DNA of 63,649 nucleotides, the filler included, from Octopus bimaculoides (lineage: Eukaryota), in NCBI RefSeq assembly GCF_001194135.2. It is 4 parts of 4 records of this genome, joined end to end, with 100 filler letters (N's around TTAATTAATTAA, not from the genome) between each part and the next. Parts side by side here need not be neighbours in the genome. Positions count along the whole stretch, not along the records: positions 36,607 to 53,157 come from NC_068993.1; positions 53,258 to 63,649 come from NC_068989.1; 2 more parts are not named here. One strand, 5' to 3'. The position numbers were made by a program, and so were the translations under genes. Shown here piece by piece: positions 49,951-63,349 of the stretch. Each line of letters opens with the position of its first letter. Positions within the stretch are counted from its first letter, which is position 1. The notes beneath the pieces are model-generated. The model was not told the origin of the DNA. It worked only from the letters and a program-made list of their open reading frames with translations, and ran no database searches.

Positions 49951-51055
49951 AATCAAAAAATGATAATAGAAGTCTGCTGTAGTAGGTGGTCAAATATTAA
50001 TGGAGGGGAAGGGGGAATTGGTACTGTCTTCATTCTTATAGTGCTAGAAATAGATACCTGTACTATCAAACAAAAGATTTGAAATTTAAAATTAAAATTA
50101 AGCTTAAAAACTTAAAAATATAAATTAAAATTAAGATTTGAAGATCTGTGATGTTAAAGAAGATATATTCTTATTGCAAATCAAGGGATAAAATCAAATA
50201 ATTAAGATGATAAATCCAAAGTTAATCAAGGGTAAATATAGGTATAAATAAATAAAGGGATATAGTAGGGATGTTTATTTACTAAGTATAAGCATAGTGA
50301 AATTAAAGGGACCAAGGAGTGAAGAAAATATGATACTGAATACAAAAGAAACTTGATGGCATGGTAGACAGATAGGTAAGTAAAGTTAGAAGAATGAAAT
50401 GATTATGTGTGAATCATTAATTCCTAATTTAGCTCGGAAGAGTGAGAAGAGAGGCCTAGTAATATTCTATTACATACAAAGGTGTTGCCAAACAGGATGT
50501 ACCAAACAGGTAGTGTGCCTAGGCTAAATGCTAGTGATGATCTGAAATACTAGCTTTTTTACACTTAGACCCGTGGAAGAACTTGAGGGACCTAAAGAAT
50601 TTGTGTATTCATGTGGAAAAGGTTTTGTACAGCTTATTTAGTAATTGTGTAGGGTTATGTAACAAGATTTGTAAGGATTCTTTCAGACATAGCCAACATG
50701 GAGAATGCTGGCCAGAGTCTATGATGAACCAAGTTATGCTGTAAGGTATATCTATGAATAAAGCCCTTTGCAATCTCACTGCAGAAGGTTTACAACATGG
50801 TTTACAAATGCATGTCCTGTAACAGCTTAACAACTCTACTAAGTATTATATTGGATCTACATTTATTTTCAAGCAATGATACTCTGTGCATCTAAACTCA
50901 TTCAAGTGTGAGTTTAGATGCGTAGAGTATTAGCTGACTATGTGCATTACCTTAAGAGGATGATATATACACACCTACACACACACATACATATAAATAT
51001 ATATATTTGTGTGTGTATATGTATGTGTACATGAGTGTATATTTATATATATGTA

Positions 51056-51103
<48 letters not shown>

Positions 51104-51138
51104 TCTATGTGTATACATGTATTTATATGTACATGTGC

Positions 51139-51179
<41 letters not shown>

Positions 51180-51917
51180 TGTGTGTGTGTGTGTGCGTGC
51201 GTGCGTGCACATGTGTGTGTAAAGGGTAGGCTTTGTGGCTAAGGTATTTAGGTTACAATCGTAAGGTCGATTCCCGGTGACATGTTGTGTTCTTGAGCAT
51301 GACATTTTATTTCATGCTGTTCCAGTCCATTCAGCCGGCAAAAATGAGCAGTACCTGTATTTCAAATAGCCAACCTTGTTAGATTCTGTTTCTTGTTGAA
51401 TCTCCGTGGGAACTACATTAAGGATATGCATATCTGTGGAGTGTTCAGCCACTTGCATGTTAATTTTACAAGCATCCCATTCCATTGATCAGATGAACTG
51501 TAACCCTCATCATTGTAAGCAACAGTGCCATTAAAAATATCTATCTATCTATCTATCTATCAATTGATCGATCGATCGATCGATCGATCAATCAATCAAT
51601 CAGTCATCTATCTATCTATCTATCTGGACGCTAAATGATGATGATATATATATATATATATANNNNNNNNNNNNNNNNNNNNNNNNNNNNNNNNNNNNNN
51701 NNNNNNNNNNNNNNNNNNNNNNNNNNNNNNNNNNNNNNNNNNNNNNNNNNNNNNNNNNNNNNNNNNNNNNNNNNNNNNNNNNNNNNNNNNNNNNNNNNNN
51801 NNNNNNNNNNNNNNNNNNNNNNNNNNNNNNNNNNNNNNNNNNNNNNNNNNNNNNNNNNNNNNNNNNNNNNNNNNNNNNNNNNNNNNNNNNNNNNNNNNNN
51901 NNNNNNNNNNNNNNNNN

Positions 51918-52146
51918 TGTGTGTGTGTGTGTGTTTGTGCATTTGTGTTTGTCCTCCCACCATCACTTGACAACCGATGTTGATGTGTTTACATCCCTGT
52001 AATCTAGTGGTTCAGCAAAAGATACTGATAGAATAAGTACTAGGCTTACAAAGAATAGGTCCTGGGATTGATTTGTTTAACTAAAGGCGGTGCTCCAGCA
52101 TGGCCACAGTCAAATGATTGAAACAAATAAAAGAAAAAAAAGGAAT
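51918..52146 (+). mobile_element. SINE family B 3' half, CpG-decayed
   Basis: Tail only; the head lies in the gap. Confidence 0.85.
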
Positions 52147-52196
52147 ATATTAAATATAATAGTTTGAGCATGAAATACAAAATATGTATATATGTA

Positions 52197-52900
52197 CAGG
52201 GTGGGTGGAAAGTAACCAGGCATTAGAAATTGCTTATAGAATTTTTAGTATCACTGAAGTCATGACAAAAACACTTTTTAAACAGACAACAAGTGCAGAT
52301 CTTTTATTGTATTATTTCTTATTTCCCAGATGGCCGGTCACATGACTATTCAGGAGTGAGCTAAGATAGCAGCATACTATGAAGTGTGGAATTCCATTGT
52401 TTTGGTTCAGAGATGGTAGCATGCATGGAAAGGTAAGCATGCAACACTATAAATCGCAGCCTGCAAAAATCAACATGGGAAGCAACTAGTGAAAGTGGAC
52501 TAACAAGACGAACAGTACATACGGTGCTGCATAAAGAATTGAATTTTCATTCGTGGAAAGCTCATTACATGCAGGAGCTAAAACCTGAAGACTGTGACTG
52601 CAGAAGTCCAGAACTTCAAGAAGTCCAGATCTCACTCCATGCGATTTTTACCTGTGGGGTTACACAAAAGAGGAGGTGTAAAAGAAAAATCTTTGCACAC
52701 TCGAGGACTTGGAAACATGGATACAGAAGGTTCTCAGTAATATCCCAGATGACGTCCTTCAGAAGGTTGTTCATTCTATCCCTGGCTGTTCGAGGAAACT
52801 GGTTCACGTCACCAGTGCTTACATTAAAATATGAAGATTTATTTTTATTTTCTCATGTAATAAAGAAAATGTATTATTTGTTTCAATAAATTTGTAAAAA
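52197..52900 (+). mobile_element. Tc1/mariner-superfamily element with the catalytic core deleted
   Basis: TA|CAGGGTGGGTGG terminus; RTVHTVLHKELNFHSWKAHYMQELKPED joined directly to SRSPDLTPCDFYLWGY...KVVHSI. Confidence 0.82.
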
Positions 52901-53106
52901 GAATATGGATTTTATTACCAAATTTTTATGCCTACTATATACAAACACATACATATTTATATTAATAGGTTTAATTTATGCAGAAAATTAAAGGGGTGGA
53001 AGAAAGGCATTATAAATTCAACAGCTGTTTCTGGAGGCTCAGAGATCAATAATAATGTTGGCAGATGTAGTTCATTACAGTATGCAGCTATATGGATGCA
53101 ATTAAT

Positions 53107-53157
<51 letters not shown>

Positions 53158-53257
53158 NNNNNNNNNNNNNNNNNNNNNNNNNNNNNNNNNNNNNNNNNNN
53201 NTTAATTAATTAANNNNNNNNNNNNNNNNNNNNNNNNNNNNNNNNNNNNNNNNNNNN
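53158..53257. other. Unsized scaffolding gap with TTAATTAATTAA linker
   Basis: 44 N + 12-mer + 44 N. Confidence 0.95.
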
Positions 53258-53286
53258 ATATATATATATATACATACATATATATA

Positions 53287-53624
53287 ATGGGCTTCTTTCA
53301 CTTTCCATCTACCAAATCCACTCACAAGGCTTTGGTCGGCCCGAGGCTATAGTAGAAGACACTTGCCCAAGGTGCCAGTGGGATTGAATCCAGAACCATG
53401 TGGTTCATAAGCAAGCTATATTTATAATATCTTTTATCTCTTTCTCGTTTCATTCTTTGGATTTTGGCCATTCTGGGGCATAGCCTTGAAGAATTTAGTC
53501 AAGCAAATTTTGACCTCAGTATGTTTTATTTTTTTAAGTATGTTATTTATTCAATGATTCTCTTTTGCTAAACTACTAAGTTATGGGGACTTAGACAAAC
53601 TAACACTGGTAGCCAAGCAGAGTT

Positions 53625-53658
<34 letters not shown>

Positions 53659-53830
53659 AAAACACACAATGAGTATCCACACAGTGTCCATCTACCAAAT
53701 TCATTCACAAGATATTGGTTCGCCTGGGGATATAGTATAAAAGACACTTAGCCCAGGTGCCACATGGCAGGACTGAACCTAAAACCGCTTGGTTGCGAAG
53801 CAAGCTTCGTAATCACAGGCCATGCCTGCA
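53287..53830 (-). mobile_element. SINE family B fragments (two heads, one tail)
   Basis: aaatccactcacaaggctttggtcggc and ccaaattcattcacaag blocks. Confidence 0.7.
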
Positions 53831-54150
53831 GCCTATACGTTTATATAGATAGAAATATTACGTCATTTTATAATGTAGCATATTTACTATGCTCTGGTAA
53901 AAATCCAATATTAAATCAACTCTAACAGAAGCCTCTCTTTGCTTTAATCTCCACACCTAAAAATAAGTAGTAAAGTCGTTTGTTCAAAAAAAAAAAAAAA
54001 GAAAGAAAAGCAGAAAAACAACTCAAAACAAAACAAAAAAGGTTAGACATAACCTAAGAATAAAAGAGAAATAGATGGAATTTCTAGTTGAATATATTAC
54101 CATTGGGTCAGTGGACATGTGTGAGTGCTAATATGTTCAGGTGTGGTGTG

Positions 54151-54219
<69 letters not shown>

Positions 54220-55872
54220 TACACACCTTGTTGGCTGATGGCACTCTGTAATACTAGTTGCTGTATGTAGAAAATGCTGGAGGAGACAAGTAGAGAAAAA
54301 AAAATTGAATATTTCATTATTTCTTTATTTATTTCTGATATGAATATCTAGTCATATATTTAATTTTATTTTCTTGTTTTTTTTTGTATTTTATTTATAC
54401 TGTTTTTTCTTTTATAATTTGTCGTGTGTGTGTGTGTGTGTGTGTGAAGTTCTTAAGAAGAATTATTATTCAACATAATATGTAGCTGCTGTAACTGACA
54501 TAATTTTAAAACTTCCTTTCTTTGTCAAACTTTTGTCAGACACTTATTCTTGTGAGATTTTTGTTCTTTTGGGACACTTTAGGTCTTTAGTCTTGTGTTT
54601 CTTTCTATGATTCCAGAAAGGTCAGTGGGAATACAACCGTGATTAAATTTTGCATGAAAATGGTCTGCATTTTTGTCTAGTGCTGCCTTCTCATATTATT
54701 TGCTTTTCAATCTGCTTATCTGGGTCAGACCTCGTCTCTCTCTCTCATGAGACCACGTGCTACGTTTTGCTCTGTAGTAGTTTTCTTTTTTATGGTCTCT
54801 TTTCATATGAAAAGCTTTTCAAATATATTTTATGTATTTCGATAATCATTTTGGTTGGAATAAAGCTAAGAGAGCAAAACATATACCTTTTTATACAAAA
54901 CTTCATTTCTATAGTTATTTTTGTTTATGAAATGTTTTGAGTGTTTTCAGAAGCCATCGACCTTCTACCAACCTAGAAATTTCTTATACATAATAAATAA
55001 AATATAAATATCTCACCCTCTCCCCTTATGTTTAGACTTTGATACTTTCATTCCTCAGATACTGAATTAATGAAAACCAGTAATTAAAAGTTTAACCAAA
55101 ATTATTCAGGCTATCAGTGATATCTGATAAGAAAGAGGTTATTTCCCTTTGAATAGCTTTTGCTTTTTTTATTTTTATTTTTATTTGTATCTTGCTAGTA
55201 TTACTGTCCTTAACAAACTGGTTCTCTTTCATGCTTCAATGCTTTATTAACTCAACAAGCCTTAATATTTTACACAGACACGCCAATCAATATATCCTGT
55301 TGTATTTATGTAGAATCTAACATGGTGTTGCTACGTCTTTTGTTTTGTTTTGTTTTCCTATTTGAAGAACATACATCTAAATTAACTTAACATTTGGAAT
55401 TGCAAACTATTAATACATAATTTATTTGATTATTTAAGAATTCTCTCAAATAATTTTATTTTTCAACATCGGAAAAAGAATGGTTAAATTAACAAAGTGG
55501 TCGATATAGAATGAAAATAGATTCAATATCTTATAACGTATTGTTATAGTATCTGTATAAAGCTAGAAGCGTGCGTCTGTGTAGATTGTAATATCTTTAC
55601 CAACTAGGTTGCTAAGTTTTGAGTTTTTGTCTTGTTTGTTGATAGATCAGTCGGCTCTTCATATGGCGCTAGTGAAGTTGAACCAGTTTGAATTGACTGC
55701 CACTGACTTTCATAACTAAAGTAGGGCATCTTCTTGTGTTTGGTTAGGTATACAGCTGAGACGGAAGTAAGAAGGATTTAATCTCGATTTTTAATTCACT
55801 TGAAAGTTTCCATTCTCAAAACATGTCTAAGATGTTACCAAATGGTTTAGTACCATATCATTCAATATATAT

Positions 55873-56272
55873 ACTCTTTTACTTGTTTCACTCATTTGAC
55901 TGTGGCCATGCTGGAGCACCGCCTTTATTCGAGCAAATCGACCCCAGGACTTATTCTTTGTAAGCCTAGTACTTATTCTATCGGTCTCTTTTGCTGAACA
56001 GCTAAGTTACGGGAACGTAAACACACCAGCATCGGCTGTCAAGCAATGTTGGGGGGACATACAAACACACACACACACATACATATATACGATGGGCTTC
56101 TTTCAGTTTCCGTTTACCAAATCCACTCACAAGGCTTTGGTCAGCCCGAGGCTATAGTAAAAGACACTTGCCCAAGGTGCCACGCAGTGGGACTGAACCC
56201 GGAACCATGTGGCTGGTAAGCAAGCTACTTACCACACAACCACTCCTACGCCTATATATATAGACCATTTCT
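55873..56272 (-). mobile_element. SINE family B, full length, relatively young
   Basis: Near-consensus over about 400 bp. Confidence 0.92.
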
Positions 56273-56696
56273 CTGATTCTGCAAGTTGTGTAAATATTAA
56301 AAAGAGTACTTTTTGTATCCTGTATACAAGGATGCAAACCTATAAATGTGTGTGTGTGTGTGTGTGTGTGTACATTATATGTAGAAATATGTACACACTC
56401 ACAGGTATTTGCTTATTTAAAGCAGAAGCTTTGGTCCTTTACAACTTCCCTATTTCTATAATGTTCCTCAAGGCAACATTATATGCATATATCTATATAT
56501 CTATATATCTTCGATGGCCAGATAACTGAAGAGATGGCAGTGTGCGTTTCCACCCTGGCATCCGAAACTCAGAGTTTTATCATGGGTACTGAATAATTGT
56601 CACATTATTTACAGATAAATTCCTCTATTTACATAANNNNNNNNNNNNNNNNNNNNNNNNNNNNNNNNNNNNNNNNNNNNNNNNNNNNNNNNNNNN

Positions 56697-56734
<38 letters not shown>

Positions 56735-57514
56735 CACATACACAAAATTTATTTACTTCTTTCAAAAGAATGAATTAGAATGAGCAAGTCAGTGACTTTA
56801 TATACTTTTTATTTTAATATATTCATATTGGCATTTGATCTAAATCAGTTTATTTATAATGCAATACTTCATCTTGGTTTATGAAAATTTACTATTAAAT
56901 TATTTGTTTTCCAACCCAGTGTTAATTATATATTTATTTTGCATTCGTTTGTCTTTGCATATACAATATTTATTATAACTTCAAAAATACAAAGAAAAAA
57001 AAAAAAGTTACCACCCTATTTTCGGAAGCGCTCTGCAAGGAGTCTGATTTGTGCTGCAACATAGATTTTTAAATTTTGCTCTGTAAATAGAATTCTCGTT
57101 GTTGTTCTTGGCATTTAGTAACTTTTTTTCTTCCCCCCCCCTATAATGTTCGAAACAATTTAAAAAAAGAGAAGCAAACTTGTTTATGAATTTATGTTGT
57201 TTATTTTCATCATATATCTTCTCTATCAATGAGCCAAAGACATGTTCTATAATTCTAATAAAATTAAAGAATAACCAATGAGAAGAGGGGTGGAATATAA
57301 TAAAATCAATTAATTGAATCGAATTCAGCTTTTGTCTCCTACCACTCTGGAAATAGCTCTTGAAGGAAATCTTTTTCATTAGATGCCAAAAATAATATCT
57401 ATATCCCAATTTACATCGTCAGTATTCTCGGAGTGGGCTGTTTGACGACTTGTTTCATTTTCTTTTTAGATTCCCCTTTCTTACCATAAGTGAATTTCTT
57501 TCTAACTTATGTTA

Positions 57515-57785
57515 TTTACTCTTTTACTCTTTTACTTGTTTCAGTCATTTATATACACACACATGTATATGTATTTATGTGTGTGTGTCTTTGTGTCTGT
57601 GTTTGTCCCCCCCACCATTGCTTGACAACCGATGTTGGTGTGTTTATGTCCCTGAAACTTAGTGGTTCAGCAAAAGAGACTGATAGAATAAGTACTAGGC
57701 TTACAAAACCTAAGTCCTGGGGTCGATTTGTTCGACTACAGGTGGTGCTCCGGTATGGCCACAGTCAAATGACTGAAACTTGTAA
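57515..57785 (+). mobile_element. SINE family B 3' half
   Basis: gcttgacaaccgatgttggtgtg...ggccacagtcaaatgactgaaac. Confidence 0.85.
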
Positions 57786-57799
57786 TAGAGTAACAGAGA

Positions 57800-57887
57800 T
57801 ATTTTGTGTATTGTAGAAATATAACCAATTCTTTGGGCATAATTTTTAAGTACAAAATCTTATATGGACCCTGGTTGACAACCACTG
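57800..57887. mobile_element. Isolated hAT-type MITE end
   Basis: ggttgacaaccactg is the reverse complement of the CAGTGGTT(C/G)TCAACC TIR seen at 59097. Confidence 0.5.
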
Positions 57888-58182
57888 CATTAACCTCTCA
57901 TCACCTGACATAAAGCTACCTCCTTCAGTGTCCCCACTAAATTGAGAGGTCTTGTCTTGTGAGCTAGTTGGTAACCTCACAGGTACTGGTGCCATGTAAA
58001 AGCACCCAGTACACTATAGGATGTGGGATTTGGAATGGCATCCAGCTGTAGAAACCACACTAGGTAGATATTGGAGCTGGTGCAGTCTTCTGGCTCACCA
58101 GCTCTTGTCAGCCATCTAATTCATGCCAGCATGGAAAATGGATGTTAGATAATAATGATGATGGTAGTAATTATTTTTTTGT

Positions 58183-58373
58183 TTCCACTCTAGGCACAGG
58201 GCCCAAAATTTTTGGGGAGGGGGCCAGTTGATTAGATCAACCCCAGTACGCAACTGGTACTTAATTTATCGACCCCAAAAGGATGAAAGGCAAAGTGGAC
58301 CTCGGCAGAATTTGAACTCAGAACGTAAAGACAGATGAAATATAATGCTAAGCATTTCGCCCGGCGTGCTGAC
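58183..58373 (-). mobile_element. SINE family A, short-tail variant
   Basis: ctctaggcacagggcccaaaatttttggggagggggccagt...gcatttcgcccggcgtgct. Confidence 0.88.
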
Positions 58374-58623
58374 GGTAATGATTATGGAATAACAATGTAT
58401 TCATTGAAAAATGGCATGAAGTGCATATGGATGATGTCTGTTTGCACGAAAGGTCAGAAAAGAATTAAGGGTGGGTGGTAATACCTGCATTGGAGTGGGT
58501 GTTGTTGGAGGTGATGACAAAAAAGATCATTGGTATACAGAAGAGATTTGAAGTGCGTGTGTGTGTGAGAGGGGTCAGAACTGAACCGTTGGGTAGATCA
58601 AAGTTGATAGGGTATTGATGTCG

Positions 58624-58658
<35 letters not shown>

Positions 58659-58659
58659 C

Positions 58660-58960
58660 TTTATTGCTGCAAACTGTGATGGTGTGATCCGACAGGAAGT
58701 TTCCAATTCAAAAAATCAAGTTATATCGATTCCATAAGTAGTTTAGCTAGGAGATTCTCATGCCAGACATGGTTGAATGTTTTTGCGATGCCAAGTGAAA
58801 CAACCTTGTTTTTGCCAAATTTCTCAAGTGCTTGAGATCAAGTCTCCATTAGGTCTTAGTTTTATGGAAGCTGCACATGGGGTTAGTGACAAGGGAAGGG
58901 GACTGATGGTGTTGGAGAATAGATTTAAGCAACTGTGCAAGGCTGTTAGGATGTTGATGG
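58660..58960 (-). mobile_element. CR1/jockey-group LINE RT remnant
   Basis: Frameshifted ..GDLISST.. and V(S)L.IAKTFNHVWHENLLAKL resembling LDISKAFDRVWH. Confidence 0.55.
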
Positions 58961-59096
58961 TTTGGTAAAACAGGTTGGACATCGAACCTGTTTTTGCGAC
59001 AGCACAGTTTGGCACTTGAGGCATACTAACACACACACACACGCACACATACAATACACACGCACCATGCACACACACATGCGTGTGCATGTCGAT

Positions 59097-59356
59097 CAGT
59101 GGTTCTCAACTGGGGTCTGTATGGGCCTTGATAGTCCATATAAGGCTTTTGGGGTCCACTCAACAAAATAGTAAATTGTGGATCCATGATAATATTTTTT
59201 GGGCCCCTGAAAAAATTTTGCTTTTGATGTATGTTTTTGTTAATATTTGCATGAAACAGCTAGGTTCTTTTCTCTAATATTTTGCATAAAGAGGTTTCTA
59301 TGTAGGGGTCCACTCACCAGAATAAAACAGTAATGGAAGGGATTGGGAAACCCACG
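59097..59356. mobile_element. hAT-type MITE, about 260 bp
   Basis: Left TIR cagtggttctcaac, degenerate right TIR ttgggaaacccacg, flanks atgtcgat/atgtaaat (6/8 identical, candidate 8-bp TSD). Confidence 0.6.
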
Positions 59357-60105
59357 ATGTAAATGGTGAATGAGTGAGGGAAAGAGGGAGACATGATTTA
59401 TTAATTGGACACGATTGACATAAACACTTACACATAGAGATATATGCTCACACACATTAACAGAGAGAGGTGGGAAAGAAAACGATAAAATTCATTGCGA
59501 CATCTGATGTTAAGTCAGTGTTGAATCAATGATGGCAGATAAATGGTCCCAAAATGTCTCACTTGAGATATTTGTTTCAAATTTTGGCACTAGGTTAGCA
59601 AATTTTGGGGAGGGACTACGTTGATTACTTTGACGCCAGTGCTCAATTGACCTTTGTGGAATTTGAACTCAGAACATAAAGATGAACGAAAATGAGATAT
59701 TCAAAGTGAGTGTAATAAGGTCAATAGTTAGTGGTCAGAAACTTCCCCTTTTTGAAAATAGGACATACTGTAACAGGTTTCCAAAAATCAGGACAAAGAT
59801 CTGTTAAGGGAGAGAGATGAGCGAGCGAGAGAGAGAGAGAGAGAGAGAGAGAGGAATTTGGTGTGGAAAGGAATTAACTATAGAATGCATTGTCTGAGAG
59901 TAATAAAGGAAATACAGTCAGAACTAGTAGCCTTGTTGATTTGAGGTGATTAGAGATGATTTTAATTTGTTGTTCTGTGTGGTTATGAATCTGGTATATT
60001 GGAGAAGGAATGGTTAGAGGAATTTATTACCTTTTGTGAGCTACCTTTTCAATGTGATTGAGTTTCTTTTCTGTATTGTTTCTGGTGAAGTAGCAAGTTG
60101 GACAG

Positions 60106-60178
60106 AGTTGGTACCTCAGATAAAGTTGGTACCACAGATAAAGTTGGTACCTCAGATAAAGTTGGTACCTCAGATAAA
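60106..60178. repeat. 18-bp minisatellite (agttggtacctcagataa) x4
   Basis: Near-perfect units, one T>A variant. Confidence 0.93.
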
Positions 60179-60724
60179 AGAAGTTTAGATGTGGAGGTCT
60201 TTGGAGACTTCCACATCTACACCTCTCAAATCTCTGAGGTTTGTTTGATGGAATGCTTAATAGTTGCAGACCCTTGAAACCCAAGTTACTAAAGTACTAA
60301 GTCCTTATTCTATATGTGTGTGTGTGATGGGATTCCACATAGTTTCCATCTACTCAATTCACTCCCAAGGCATTAAGTTGGCTCAGGACTACAGTTACTC
60401 AAGGTGCTGCACAGTGGAACTGAATCTAAAACCATGCGGTTGCAAAGTGGGCTTCTCAACAACACAGCCATGCCTGCACCTCTGAAGAATACGTAAACAT
60501 CAATATAGAACGTAATAGAATTAAAATATGGAGCTATAAACATCACCGTGCTTATCTTTTCCAGCAAGTTTTATATGTTGGGTTTATTGGTCGTACTTGC
60601 TCACTTTTTGTAATGTAGAGGAATAACCCAAACACTGCATAGATGTATCTGTATGCAACTTGAGTGTTTGTGTGTACAATTGTATGTGTGCATAGGTTTC
60701 ATCAGTTGATAATTAATACATACA

Positions 60725-60757
<33 letters not shown>

Positions 60758-62291
60758 NNNNNNNNNNNNNNNNNNNNNNNNNNNNNNNNNNNNNNNNNNN
60801 NNNNNNNNNNNNNNNNNNNNNNNNNNNNNNNNNNNNNNNNNNNNNNNNNNNNNNNNNNNNNNNNNNNNNNNNNNNNNNNNNNNNNNNNNNNNNNNNNNNN
60901 NNNNNNNNNNNNNNNNNNNNNNNNNNNNNNNNNNNNNNNNNNNNNNNNNNNNNNNNNNNNNNNNNNNNNNNNNNNNNNNNNNNNNNNNNNNNNNNNNNNN
61001 NNNNNNNNNNNNTATTTGACACATTATGTTCAAATTGTTTTCTGTCAGTCTTCAGTTGAAAGTGTCAGTGAGAAAAAAAAACTTCAATTATTCAAAATAT
61101 TGGAATATATATTTGGCATCTTCAAAGAATTTTTCTTTCTCCTTAATGTTTATTTTCTGATATTGTTTAGATATGAAAATTTTATTTCGGGAAATTTACA
61201 GCTAACTTAAAAATAAAAGATACTTTCTTAAACAATTTTTTCTTTCTTTTTTGCATATTTTCATGACATTGAAATTCTGTACATGCATGTATGTATGTAT
61301 GTATGTATGTATGTATGTATGTGTGTGTGTGTGAAAAAGAGAGAGAGAGAGAGACTGTATGAGAGAGAGAGAGAGAGAGATTGAGTGTGTGTGTGTGTGT
61401 GTGTGTGTTTGAATCTGAGAATGCCAACATCCAATTGAAAATAGTTCTTAGATGTTACAAACTTTGGTTTGCTGTATGTTATTGTTAAAATGGCTGACAG
61501 TTCTGTAAATATTCCCACACGTGTGGGTTGATAGTATAAAAATTTGATGTCACTATACTCTTAGCTATGCTACTTTGAAGTTTGTGATTCTATAGGATTA
61601 AATAACTATCTATTAATATTTCTCTTATTATTCTTGTAACTTACTATACACCTTTTTTTTTCCACCCCTCTCCCCATCCTCTCAGCTTTTTTTCTTTTTC
61701 TTTTTTCTTTTTCTTTTTTCTTTTTTTTTTTTTTTTCAATGAGGCCAATTCTACTAATACATTGAATTCAGCTGATAATGATTAGCATGAGAACAGTCCT
61801 GAACTGGTGCCAACTCTTAGGTACTCTCAGTAAGTGAAATATTCTTAGTTGTATTGTGACCTGAATTGGTGTTGATATAAGAAAATTTCCTATACTGGTG
61901 GCTAAATAGAGGAATATTGACCAAAAACAGATCAAAATATTGTCTTGCCAAAGTGTAAATATATTTGACTTATTTAAGTAATGCACTGACAGGCTGTTAT
62001 ATTGCAGATCACTTTTATTCATGTGTCTTTCAGTTATTCAAGCCAGCAGCAAATAGTGTGTATGTGTATTGATGTGGGTGTGTTTGGGTGGAGGTGGTAT
62101 GTAAGGGAAGGTGATTTTTACTTTCATCTTCATGATTTTCAACTTCTTAGCATCTGTTGTTTTGCAAGTGTGAACTGAAAGCCACAGTTTATTTGTAAGC
62201 CTTCTCTGATGAAAGAATGAATATTCCTTGAAGTGCTAAAACTTTAAGGCTTACATTATTATTTTGTGTAATGATTAATTAAAGGACTTCT

Positions 62292-62720
62292 TCTTCCTTG
62301 CCTTTAACCCTCCAACGCTGAGTATAGGCCACTTATAATTGAATTCCATGTCGCATAATTTTTCGCTTCTGTACTTATACTCTGCCATGAATGTCCCCCT
62401 TTCTCTAATTCCTTTTGTGTTGATCTACGCCACGAGTTCTTAGGCCTACCTTTCTTTCTATATCCACCTGGATTCCACTCTAAAGCACTTTTCGCTACAT
62501 TTGGTGTGTCCTTTCTAATTGTGCTACCAATCCACTTCCAGTTTTTCTGAAATATTTGCTCCCTAATCGAAACTTGATTTGTTCTTTGCCATAGATCCAT
62601 ATTGCTTATGTATTCGGGCCATCTAATTTTAAGTATACTACGCAAGCATCTGTTGATGAATGATTGTATTTGCTTATTTGACTTAACTGTTCTCCCAGAG
62701 CAAATTAACTCGTATACTGA
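62292..62720 (-). mobile_element. 5'-truncated LINE 3' end (RTE-like RT C-terminus)
   Basis: IQSFINRCLRSILKIRWPEYISNMDLWQRTNQ...WKWIGSTIRK...ALEWNPGGYRKKGRPKNSWRRS; short gaa-repeat tail. Confidence 0.85.
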
Positions 62721-62743
62721 GGCATTAGTGGTATATATCACCA

Positions 62744-62774
<31 letters not shown>

Positions 62775-62894
62775 GCATCAGCATCATCATCATTTAACGT
62801 TTGCTTTCCATGCTGGCATGGTTGGGATTGAACCCAAAATCACATAGTTGGGAAGCAAGCTTCTTAACCACACAACACCTATCATCATAATGAT

Positions 62895-63090
62895 TTCAAA
62901 TTGTTGCCACAAGGGCAGCTTGTGGGAGGGGGATTAAGTCGATTACATCGACCCCCCCAGTGTGTAACTGGTACTTATTTCATCGACCCCGAAAGGTTGA
63001 AAGGCAAAGTCAACCTTGGTGGAATTTGAACTCAGAACGTAGCGGCAGACGAAATACCGCTAAGTATTTCGCCCGGCGTGCTAACGTTTC
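62895..63090 (-). mobile_element. SINE family A
   Basis: Near-consensus reverse copy. Confidence 0.88.
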
Positions 63091-63349
63091 ATAATAACAT
63101 GAAAGATGCAATGGGCAAATTTGTCCAAGACACAATAAGTTTGATCCTTGAATACTTTTGATCCGGGATACCTTTGATCTTCAGTTACAATAAGGAGTGA
63201 CCTCGGCACTGAACAACAACAACAACTGCCTGTAGTTAACTGTAAGAGTTTAGTGTCTTGGTTGCAGACTCTATGCAATGGCGTAGACAAGATATCTCCC
63301 GTTTGCTTCTTGGCTGATGCATTGGTATCCATTGTCTATTCCAACTGCG

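Noticed and set aside
55650-55720. Plus-strand DQSALHMAL ankyrin-like motif
   Set aside because: The match does not continue, a stop follows without a good donor, and it is on the wrong strand for TRPN1.
57008-57409. 133-aa minus-strand ORF
   Set aside because: AT-rich F/I/K/N composition, no recognisable domain or splice context.
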